A stretch of DNA of 64,000 bases from Coriobacteriales bacterium (GTDB lineage: Bacteria; Actinomycetota; Coriobacteriia; Coriobacteriales; UBA8131), in NCBI GenBank assembly GCA_031279835.1, contig JAITHV010000075.1, positions 948-64,947 of the forward strand, given 5' to 3'. Shown here piece by piece: positions 52,950 to 61,478 of the stretch. The first letter of the stretch is position 1. Each line of letters starts with the position of its first letter. The position numbers and the translations under genes are program-made. The notes under the pieces are model-generated. The model saw only the letters and a list, made by a program, of their open reading frames with translations, made no database searches and was not told the origin of the DNA.

Positions 52950-53246
52950 ATGGTCGCGATACCTCCAACAGGCGTCACCGCAGACGAGGTGCTGCGCGAG
53001 CTCATTGAGGTGCTTGCCTCAGTGCTCGGCGAAGAAGTTGTAGCCGTCATGGACGTGAGCGCCGAGAGCAGCTTTGTGCGCGACCTCGAGATGGACAGCA
53101 TAGCCATCGTCGCCTTCGCCTCAGAAGTCAACGAGCGCTTCGGCGAGCGTGTGGACTTCATTGCCTGGCTGCGCGGCCAGTCGCTGCGCTCGCTTCAAAA
53201 GCTCACGGTCAAAGACGTGGCCGACTTTATCGTTCAGGGTCGCTGA
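52950..53246 (+). CDS. Discrete acyl carrier protein
   Basis: 98 aa. ADEVLRELIEVLASVLG...SFVRDLEMDSIAIVAFASEV has the DSI phosphopantetheine-attachment motif. ATG 52950 has a GAGAAAAGGGG RBS. The upstream 121 open codons of the track ORF do not look protein-like. Confidence 0.8.
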   Translation: MVAIPPTGVTADEVLRELIEVLASVLGEEVVAVMDVSAESSFVRDLEMDSIAIVAFASEVNERFGERVDFIAWLRGQSLRSLQKLTVKDVADFIVQGR

Positions 53247-54098
53247 GTGGCGCTTGACGAGCGTTTTGTCGCGGTTGGCACAAAAAAAGTCCATGTGGTC
53301 GAGATGCGGCCAGACGCGCCGCTCCGGCCGCCAACAGAGGCGCTGGCGCCGTCCGCACACGACATGCCGAGCGCCGGCGCACAAGCACTCGTCATGCTCC
53401 ACGGGCTGTTCTCCAACCTGAGCCTCTACTTTTTCAGAATAGCACCTTCATTAGCACATACTTATCGGGTTGTTATATATGACCTCCGCAGCCACGGCCT
53501 GAGCGAGCGGGCATCGGGGGCCCACACGCTCGAGGTCTTGTCCGAAGACCTGCTCGCCCTCATGGACGCTCTCGAAATCGAGAAGGCCGCGCTCGCCGGC
53601 CACAGCTACGGCGGGACGGTCGCGCTGCTCACTGCCCTGCAGCACCCCGAGAAGGTCAGCCAGCTGGCGCTCATCGACGCGCCGTGCCTCACTGAGCCGC
53701 GGTTCGCCGCCGCGCGCCTCAGACAGCGGCTCTCGCACGGGCGGGTCACCGACCGCTCTGTGGCGCGCTATGCAAGCGCCGCCGGCCTGTCTGCCCAGGC
53801 GCGCCGCTCACCGAAGTCTCAGGAACAAATTCGGTACTTGCTCACCGAAGGCAGACTCGAGGCCTCGTTTTCAGCCGGGCGCACGACGATGCAGTCGCTT
53901 GACCTGGGGCGCCTGGCCATGCCGACGCTGCTGTTGTACGGCACGCGCTCTCCCTTTCGCGCAACAGGGCGGCGCCTCAAGGCCGCGATTCCCTGTTCCG
54001 TCCTAGAACTGGTCGAGGGAGGCCACGACTTCCCGGTAAAAAGCGCTCCACAGCTGACCGAGCACCTCGCCTGCTTTTTAGCAGGCACGGGTATTTGA
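53247..54098 (+). CDS. Alpha/beta-fold hydrolase (possible thioesterase/acyl hydrolase)
   Basis: VMLHGLFSN oxyanion region, the GHSYGG nucleophile elbow and a C-terminal GGHDFP. The GTG start directly abuts the ACP TGA. Confidence 0.8.
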   Translation: MALDERFVAVGTKKVHVVEMRPDAPLRPPTEALAPSAHDMPSAGAQALVMLHGLFSNLSLYFFRIAPSLAHTYRVVIYDLRSHGLSERASGAHTLEVLSEDLLALMDALEIEKAALAGHSYGGTVALLTALQHPEKVSQLALIDAPCLTEPRFAAARLRQRLSHGRVTDRSVARYASAAGLSAQARRSPKSQEQIRYLLTEGRLEASFSAGRTTMQSLDLGRLAMPTLLLYGTRSPFRATGRRLKAAIPCSVLELVEGGHDFPVKSAPQLTEHLACFLAGTGI

Positions 54099-54289
54099 CT
54101 CTCAAAAACTATAAAAAACTCTCAAGAACCATTAAAAACGCCCGAACAGGCCAGAGTCCGCCCTAAGACAGGCTCGCTGGATTTTGCCCTGCTTGTATTA
54201 CCAGTTCCTTAAGTTTTCGTGACTATGGCCTGCCCTCTTGAAAACAGCGCCGTGACGCCATCTTTTGCCTTTGTTGCGTGTCCTTCTTA

Positions 54290-54317
54290 TTGACTTATGG
54301 AACATTATTAGTATCAT
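54290..54317 (+). promoter_or_regulatory. Candidate promoter of the megasynthase gene (TTGACT-16 nt-TATCAT)
   Basis: Read in the AT-rich 330-bp spacer, about 105 nt upstream of the chosen ATG. Confidence 0.45.
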
Positions 54318-54428
54318 TTTCTTGAGAGTGTTCTGCGGCTCAAGGGGCTGTGATCCTAAGTATAGGGTAGAGGACTCAGGGAACAAGGGGCCATGGTCTT
54401 GCTATGGCTTTGCAGAGAAGGGCACCAT

Positions 54429-57400
54429 ATGAACATGAGACTGTGTTGCATATCGCCGTTTGAACGGCCCGATTGCAACTTGGTGAAGTCCGCGTTGAAA
54501 GCAGGTGCCTTTGGCGTCTTGCACCTCGGGGCTGATCCTGTTGTCGCAACTGCCGCACTTGAGGAGATGGCGGCTCGAACCGCTCTCAACTTCGGCGTCT
54601 GCTTGTCCGACGAGTCGCTTTCTGGGCTTGCGCTGCCCGAGCAAGTCGCTGTCGTCATGCTCCCCTGGGGGATGACGCCGCCTCAGCAGGCCGCCAACCC
54701 CGCGTACGAGGTCATATGGCAGGTCAGCACTGTGCCAGAGGCCTGCGAGGCATTGGAGACAAACCCCTCATCAATCATACTCAAAGGCTGCGAGGGAGCC
54801 GGTGCTTGCAGCGCAGACTCTGCCTTCCTGTTGTTCCAGGCGCTGCGCGAGCGTTGTCTTGAGGCAGGCGTCAGCATCTACATCCAAGGCGGCATCGGCA
54901 TACACACAGCAGCCGCCTACCTCGCGCTCGGCGCCAGCGGCGTCGTCATGGACTCACAGCTCGCGCTCTTCGCCGAGTGCGGCACGTCGCCTGAGCTCAA
55001 GGCCGCCCTTGGACGCCTGAGCGGCAACGAGATCCGCGAGCTGGACGGCTTCCGGTATTTCGTGCGCCCCGGTGGCGCAGAGCCCCCGCAGGACGCAGGG
55101 GTCACCGGACTCAAAGAGCATATGGCGCAGGCGACTCAGGACTGCATGCCGCTCGGGCAAGACGTCATACTCGGCGCCGAGCTCGTGCGCCGCTACGGAA
55201 GCCTCAAGCGGCTCGTGCGTGCTATCGGCCGAGCACCCCTCGGCTACCTACGCCTCGCCCAGTCGCTTGGCTGCCTTGCCCCAGGAGACGAGCTTGCCTC
55301 CGACTTGGGGACCGAGCTTCCCCTCGCACAAGGGCCAATGGCGCGCATCAGCGACGTACCGCAGTTCTTGCGCAGCGTCGCCGACGAGGGCGCGCTCCCC
55401 TACCTGGCCATGAGCATGACGACCGGCAGCCGCGCCGCAGAGTCGCTGGCCGCAGTCAAAGACGCGCTCGACGGCAAGGCATGGGGCGTCGGCATACTCG
55501 GCTTTATCTATCCTAAAGTCCTTGAGGAGCAGACCCGCCTCATCATCGAGGCCCACCCCCCTGTGGTGCTCATTGCCGGAGGGCGCCCTTCGCAGGCGCG
55601 CGCCTTCGAGCAGGCCGGCATCCAGGTGTTCTTGCATGTTCCGACAGCAAGCCTTCTCGACATGTTCCTGAAAGAAGGCGCCCGAAGCTTCGTCTTCGAG
55701 GGCCGCGAGAGCGGCGGGCATGTTGGCCCGCTCCCGTCAGCGGTGCTTTGGGACAAGCAAGTCAGCCGCCTCCTTGAGATCGACGACATCTCCTCGCTCA
55801 AGCTGTTCTTCGCTGGCGGCGTCCACGACGCGCTCTCTGCGGCATTCGTCAGGGTGCTCGCCTCCCAGCTGGTGGCCCGCGGCGCCAAGGTAGGACTGCA
55901 GGTTGGCACTGCCTACCTTTACACTGACGAGGCCGTAAGCACGGGCGCCATCACCGAGGGCTACCGCAAACAGCTCGTCGAGGGCACGGCCACCTTGCTG
56001 CTCAAGTCAGGTGCCGGTCAAGAGAGCCGTTGCATCCCCTCGGCCTTCACGGACTATTTTGAGCAAGAGCGCCAGCGCATGCTCGACGAGGGGCTCGAGA
56101 TGACCGACGTGCTCATGCGTCTTGAAGAGCTCAACTTGGGCAGGCTGCGCATCGCGTCAAAAGGCGTCGAGCGCCAAGGCGATGCCCTCGTGCAGCTCGA
56201 CGCGCGCGAACAGGGCGACAAAGGCCTGTTCATGACCGGCGCCGTGACGCCCCTCATTAACGAGACCGGCACGATACCAGCCCTGCACGACGCCCTTTTT
56301 GCGTCGAGCGCACAGCTCCTGGGCGCTCTGGGCGCCTCGGGCGACGCAGGCGACGCGGCGGCAACGACGGGCGGCAGAGGCCTAGCCCACATCGGCGACG
56401 GCGCCTCGGGCTCGAGCCCCCACACGTTGCCGGCCTGCGACGTGGCCATTGTCGGCATGGAGTGCATCTTTCCCGACGCCGCAAACAAAGACGAGTACTG
56501 GCGCAATATCCTGCTCGGACGCAACAGCATCCGCGAGGTCTCCCCTGACCGCTGGCAGGCTGAGCTGTTTTACGACCCTGAGGCAAGCGACACCGACCAC
56601 GTGGTCTCCAAATGGGGCGGGTTCATCGACGCCTCGGACTTTGACGCCCTCGAGTTCGGCATCACGCCACAGTCGCTTGCCGCCATCGAGCCGGTCCAGC
56701 TACTGAGCCTGCTGGTGGCCAAGCGCGCGCTTGCAGACGCAGGCTACACCGACCTCTCAGCGATCGACATGGAGGACACTTCGGTGATCTTCGGCGGCCA
56801 AGGCGCCGGCGAGCTGACCGTCTCTTACACTACGCGCTCCGAGATGCGCCGCTTTTTTGGCGCGCTGCCCCCCGAGGCCGCAGCAGTACTGCCGAGGCTG
56901 ACGGAGGACTCGTTTCCGGGCGTTTTGTCCAACCTCATATCGGGGCGCATCACAAACCGCCTCAACATGGGCGGCCGCAACTACACGGTAGACGCGGCCT
57001 GCGCCTCGTCGCTTGCCGCGCTCGACATCGCCTACACCGAGCTGGCCTGCGGAAAGGCCGACATGGTTGTGCTCGGTGGCGCTGACGCCCATAACGGCAT
57101 CGGGGACTTCCTCATGTTCGGGAGCACCTATGCCCTTTCTCGCACCGGCAGATGCTCGACCTTTGACGCTGAGGCCGACGGCATAGCATTGGGAGAAGGC
57201 GTCGGCGTGGTCATACTCAAGCGCCTTGACGACGCGCGGCGCGACGGCAACAAGATCTACGCGGTCATCAAGGGCATTGGAGGCAGCAGCGACGGCAAAG
57301 TCCTCGGGCTGACTGCCCCAGACAAGCAAGGCCAGCAACGCGCGATGGAGCGCGCGTACGCCGCCGCAGGCGTCGACCCCGCACAGATCGGCCTCATCGA

Positions 57401-60400
57401 GGCCCACGGCACCGGTACCGTCGTCGGCGACCGCGCCGAGCTCGAGGCGCTCAACGAGCTCTTCCTCGACTTTGGAACGCAACCGGGCCGCATTCGCGTC
57501 GGCTCGGTCAAGACGCAGATCGGGCACACAAAGTGTGCGGCCGGCGTCGCAGGGCTCATCAAGACAGCCCTCAGCGTCCAGCACGGGCTTCTCCCTCGGA
57601 CCCTGAACCTCAAGCACCCCAACGGGGCGTGGCTGCCCAACGGCCCCTTCAGCTTCCGCACCGAGTCGGTGGGCTACTGGAACGACCCGGTGCGCCTTGC
57701 GGGTGTGAGCGGCTTTGGCTTCGGCGGCACGAACTTCCATGTCATAGTCGGGAACCACGAGGAGGCACGGCCGGCCGTGCCGCTCAAGTCCTGGCCTGCC
57801 GAACTGCTCGTCTTCCGTGGCGCGACGCCCGAGGAGGCCTGCGAGCCTATGCGCAAGATCGTCGAGCTGTTCGCGGTCAATGACAGCATATGCCTCAAAG
57901 ACATAGCGTTCACGCTCGCCTCACAGGCAGGCTCGGCGCCCATCCAGTTCAGCATCGTCGCCACAAGCCGCGACGGCTTGCTTGCCTCCATCGAGGCAGC
58001 GCTTGCAGGCGCCCCCGACGAGCACACCTTTGCCCGTCGCCCAATCGAGGGCAAGGTGGCCTTCTTGTTCCCCGGCCAGGGCAGCCAACGAACGCACATG
58101 GCCGCCGGGCTGTTCACGCTGTTCCCCCGCATGCGCCGCCTGCTTGACGCTCATCCGGAGTACTTATGCCTGCTGTTCCCTGACGCTGTGTTCACCGATG
58201 AGGCACGGCGCGCCCAACAACTGGCCGTCACCGACACACGCAATGCCCAGCCATTGCTCGGCATTGTCGACCTCGCGCTCGCGACGCTGCTGCGCGACCT
58301 CGGCGTTCAGGCCGACATGGCGGCTGGGCACAGTTACGGCGAGCTCGTCGCACTGTGCTTCGCCGGCGCCTTCGAGGAGTCCTGCCTCGTAAGCCTGAGC
58401 GCCCAGCGCGCCGAGGCGGTGCTTGGCGCCGTGGGCGACGACCCCGGCCGCATGGCGGCGGTCCGCACCGACACAGACACCCTCGAGGCGCTGCTCGATG
58501 GCGCTGCAGACGTGTGGGCGGTCAACTACAATGCCCCCAAGCAGACCGTTGTCGCCGGCACGGGCCCAGGGCTTGACGCCTTTCTCGCCAAGCTCGATGC
58601 GGAGAAGGTCAGCTATGCCGAGCTCGACGTGGCCTGCGCCTTCCACAGCCCGCTGCTCGCCGGGGCACAAGACAGCTTCGCCGCCGTCCTCAAGGACGTC
58701 GCCTTCAAGAAGCCGTCGGTGCCCGTCTGGTCAAACACCACCGCCGAGGCCTACCCTACAACCGCCCCGGCGATACGCGCGCGCCTCGCCGAGCAGCTGG
58801 TGAGCCCGGTGCGCTTCGCGCGCGAGATCGAGAGCATGTACGACGACGGCGCCCGCGTGTTCATCGAGGCCGGCCCTGGCGCGACTTTGACCACGCTGGC
58901 AGGAAGGACGATAAAAGACAAAGGGATCGCCTGCATTCAGACTGAGCGAGCAGACAAAGAGTGCCTTGAGTTCCTGCTTACAGGCCTGGCACACTACCTA
59001 GCGACCGGGAGGGAGATCAGCATGGACAAGTTGTACGAAGGCAGAGACGCACAGGAAGTCAACATCGACAAACCCGAGGCCCACAAGAAGAACGCCACGG
59101 TCTGGAAAGTGGACGGAGGGCGCGCGGTGCCCGAGTTCGGCGAGCTGCCCGCGCATGCCGGCACCCCCGTGACCCGGCCGCTCCTCTCGCTGTCTGCCCT
59201 CGCGTCTTCTGCAGGCAACCACAACGTCGAAGACGTCGTGATGGCGTTTCTCGACAACGTGAACAACATCATGCAAGACCAGCGCGACGTCATGCTCGGC
59301 TACCTCGGCTCGCCTGAGACAGCTCCTCGCTCAGCACCTGTGCAGCGCACGTTCGTCTTCGCCGATGACGGCAGCCCGCTCCAGGGCACCAGTGACGCCT
59401 CCGGCGGTCCGGTCCCGGTCGAGGCCACGGTCATCGAGAGCGCAGCGCCCGGCGCGCCAGCCGCGGGCAGCGGCCTGCCCGACATCCGCGACCTCTCTAC
59501 CGAGCAGATCACCGAGATCGTCCTCAGCATCATCAGCGACAAGACCGGGTACCCGACCGACATGCTCGGGCTCGACGTCAACCTCGAAGCCGACCTGAGC
59601 ATTGACTCCATAAAGAAGGTCGAGATCGTCGGCGGCCTGCGCGACCGCGTGAACCTCCCCGAAGAGGGCGAGGACATGGACGACTTCTTTGAGAAGATGA
59701 TAGCGATAAAGACCATCCGCTCGTTGGTGGAGTGGATCCAGGAGATGGGCGCGGCCATTGGCGACGAGGAGGCCGGGCAGACAGCGCTTGAGGGAGTCGT
59801 CGAGGCGTCCTCGGCCGAAGGCGAGGGAAGCACGCAGGCTTCGCCCGCCGTTACGGCAGTCACCGCGGCCGCAACGGCCGCCGCCGCCGGCGGCGGAGCC
59901 GCCGCCGACTCCGCCGTCATCGACGACGTGGTCCGCATGATCCTCACGAAGACCTCAGTCCCCCTCGGCGAGACCGACGAGTCGGTGCTCGAGGGAAAGC
60001 GAATTGCCGTCACCGACGACGGCAAGGGACTTGCGGCCGGCGTGGTCGCCGCGCTGGGCGACAAAGGCGCCGAGGCGGTCCTCGTCACCCTGGCCGACCT
60101 CGGCCCTGACGGGCTTGCGCCCTTTGACGGGCTCGTGCTCGTAAGCTCAGCCGCAGGGACCCACTACACAGCAGCAGACCTGTTCGGCCTCCTGAAGACC
60201 GCCGACATGACGCGTCTTCGTTGGGCGGCAGTCTTCGACGACCTTCCTGCCGAGCTCCTGCGCGCGCGCAAGTCGTTCAAGCTTGAGCGGCTAGAGGGCT
60301 TCTCCGGCCTTATCAAGTCGCTCTGCCACGAGTATCCGGGCGTTCGCCTGAGCATGGTCGAGTTCGACGTGGCCATGGACGCGGCGACGCTTCCGGCCAT

Positions 60401-61385
60401 AGTCGTCAGCGAGCTGTGCGCTACGTCGCCCTTCCCCGAAGTCTTCTACGAGGGCGCAAAGCGCTTTGCGCTCCTGCCGCATGTGGCAGACCTCCCTGAC
60501 GGCGAGCCGCACGACCTGGGGCTAGACAGCTCCTCGCTCGTGCTCGTTCTCGGCGGGGCCCAAGGCATCACGCCACACCTCGTGGGCGGGCTCGCAAAGA
60601 CCTACCCCTGCCGCTACCTGCTCGTGGGAAGCACCGCCCCCGCCACGCCTGAAGAAGAGCAGGCCTACGCGCAGCTCGCTGGGCGCGACGAGATACGTCG
60701 CCACCTCATCGACGTCGAGGGCATGAAGCAGCCACGCGAGATCGAGCAAAAGACAGCGCGCATTGCCAAGACCAAGCAGATTGCTGCCACGCTCTTGGCC
60801 TTTGAGGCACTCGGCGCCACTGCGAGCTATCACAGCGTTGACGTCACCGAAACTGCAGCCCTGCGCAGCTTCGTCCGCGCCGTCGTAGCTGAGCACGGCA
60901 CGATCGACGGCGTGGTCCACGCCGCAGGCATCTTGGAGGACAAGCGCTTCTGTGACATGGCGCAGGACTCCTTCGAGCGCGTCTACCGCACCAAGACCGC
61001 GCCTCTGGCCGTCATCGCCGAGGAGCTGCTCGGCGGCCTCAAGCTGCTCGTCATGTTCAGCAGCATGTCCTCGGCCCTCGGCAACGCCGGACAATGCAAC
61101 TATGCCGCCGGTAACAGCGTCTTTGACATAACCGCCCGCATCCTCAGCAAGAAGCAGCCTGAGCTGCGCGTCATGGCCTTCAATTGGGGCCCCTGGAAGG
61201 GCACCGGCATGGTGAACGACACCCTCGAGGCCGAGTTCCGCAAGCGCGGCATCTCCCTTCTCACGCTCGAAAAGGGCATCCCCTTCTTCTGTGACGAGCT
61301 TGAGAAGGGCACACAGCCTTCAGTCCTCGCCATTGCCGGACAAAAAGAGGAGGTCGGGCGCTTCATTGAGTCCAGCCTGCAGTGA
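54429..61385 (+). CDS. Pfa-type (PUFA-synthase-like) type I megasynthase. Domain order: NMO-like, NMO/FabK-type ER, KS, AT, ACP, KR.
   Basis: ER: LAQGPMARISD...FEGRESGGHVG. KS: TVDAACASS (Cys codon 57000-57002), EAHGTGT, KTQIGHTKCAAG, GFGGTNFHV. AT: FLFPGQGSQ, GHSYGE (Ser codon about 58332), CAFHSP. ACP: LEADLSIDSIKK. KR: VLGGAQGITPHL, NAGQCNYAAGN. Start set at ATG 54429 (GAAGGG RBS); the track start is 54393. Confidence 0.92.
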   Translation: MNMRLCCISPFERPDCNLVKSALKAGAFGVLHLGADPVVATAALEEMAARTALNFGVCLSDESLSGLALPEQVAVVMLPWGMTPPQQAANPAYEVIWQVSTVPEACEALETNPSSIILKGCEGAGACSADSAFLLFQALRERCLEAGVSIYIQGGIGIHTAAAYLALGASGVVMDSQLALFAECGTSPELKAALGRLSGNEIRELDGFRYFVRPGGAEPPQDAGVTGLKEHMAQATQDCMPLGQDVILGAELVRRYGSLKRLVRAIGRAPLGYLRLAQSLGCLAPGDELASDLGTELPLAQGPMARISDVPQFLRSVADEGALPYLAMSMTTGSRAAESLAAVKDALDGKAWGVGILGFIYPKVLEEQTRLIIEAHPPVVLIAGGRPSQARAFEQAGIQVFLHVPTASLLDMFLKEGARSFVFEGRESGGHVGPLPSAVLWDKQVSRLLEIDDISSLKLFFAGGVHDALSAAFVRVLASQLVARGAKVGLQVGTAYLYTDEAVSTGAITEGYRKQLVEGTATLLLKSGAGQESRCIPSAFTDYFEQERQRMLDEGLEMTDVLMRLEELNLGRLRIASKGVERQGDALVQLDAREQGDKGLFMTGAVTPLINETGTIPALHDALFASSAQLLGALGASGDAGDAAATTGGRGLAHIGDGASGSSPHTLPACDVAIVGMECIFPDAANKDEYWRNILLGRNSIREVSPDRWQAELFYDPEASDTDHVVSKWGGFIDASDFDALEFGITPQSLAAIEPVQLLSLLVAKRALADAGYTDLSAIDMEDTSVIFGGQGAGELTVSYTTRSEMRRFFGALPPEAAAVLPRLTEDSFPGVLSNLISGRITNRLNMGGRNYTVDAACASSLAALDIAYTELACGKADMVVLGGADAHNGIGDFLMFGSTYALSRTGRCSTFDAEADGIALGEGVGVVILKRLDDARRDGNKIYAVIKGIGGSSDGKVLGLTAPDKQGQQRAMERAYAAAGVDPAQIGLIEAHGTGTVVGDRAELEALNELFLDFGTQPGRIRVGSVKTQIGHTKCAAGVAGLIKTALSVQHGLLPRTLNLKHPNGAWLPNGPFSFRTESVGYWNDPVRLAGVSGFGFGGTNFHVIVGNHEEARPAVPLKSWPAELLVFRGATPEEACEPMRKIVELFAVNDSICLKDIAFTLASQAGSAPIQFSIVATSRDGLLASIEAALAGAPDEHTFARRPIEGKVAFLFPGQGSQRTHMAAGLFTLFPRMRRLLDAHPEYLCLLFPDAVFTDEARRAQQLAVTDTRNAQPLLGIVDLALATLLRDLGVQADMAAGHSYGELVALCFAGAFEESCLVSLSAQRAEAVLGAVGDDPGRMAAVRTDTDTLEALLDGAADVWAVNYNAPKQTVVAGTGPGLDAFLAKLDAEKVSYAELDVACAFHSPLLAGAQDSFAAVLKDVAFKKPSVPVWSNTTAEAYPTTAPAIRARLAEQLVSPVRFAREIESMYDDGARVFIEAGPGATLTTLAGRTIKDKGIACIQTERADKECLEFLLTGLAHYLATGREISMDKLYEGRDAQEVNIDKPEAHKKNATVWKVDGGRAVPEFGELPAHAGTPVTRPLLSLSALASSAGNHNVEDVVMAFLDNVNNIMQDQRDVMLGYLGSPETAPRSAPVQRTFVFADDGSPLQGTSDASGGPVPVEATVIESAAPGAPAAGSGLPDIRDLSTEQITEIVLSIISDKTGYPTDMLGLDVNLEADLSIDSIKKVEIVGGLRDRVNLPEEGEDMDDFFEKMIAIKTIRSLVEWIQEMGAAIGDEEAGQTALEGVVEASSAEGEGSTQASPAVTAVTAAATAAAAGGGAAADSAVIDDVVRMILTKTSVPLGETDESVLEGKRIAVTDDGKGLAAGVVAALGDKGAEAVLVTLADLGPDGLAPFDGLVLVSSAAGTHYTAADLFGLLKTADMTRLRWAAVFDDLPAELLRARKSFKLERLEGFSGLIKSLCHEYPGVRLSMVEFDVAMDAATLPAIVVSELCATSPFPEVFYEGAKRFALLPHVADLPDGEPHDLGLDSSSLVLVLGGAQGITPHLVGGLAKTYPCRYLLVGSTAPATPEEEQAYAQLAGRDEIRRHLIDVEGMKQPREIEQKTARIAKTKQIAATLLAFEALGATASYHSVDVTETAALRSFVRAVVAEHGTIDGVVHAAGILEDKRFCDMAQDSFERVYRTKTAPLAVIAEELLGGLKLLVMFSSMSSALGNAGQCNYAAGNSVFDITARILSKKQPELRVMAFNWGPWKGTGMVNDTLEAEFRKRGISLLTLEKGIPFFCDELEKGTQPSVLAIAGQKEEVGRFIESSLQ

Positions 61386-61478
61386 CGTGGAGCGCCTAGC
61401 CCCCACAACGCGTCAAAGGCGCAGAGGTTCCGACAGCAATGACGTGCAGGCGTCTGCACAGAGAGTCAGGGTCATGAC

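Noticed and set aside
54355-54375. TATAGGGTA string resembling the IS right terminus (TTTAGGGTATA)
   Set aside because: The similarity is limited to about 7 nt, with no extended IR match and no partner end. It is most likely chance.
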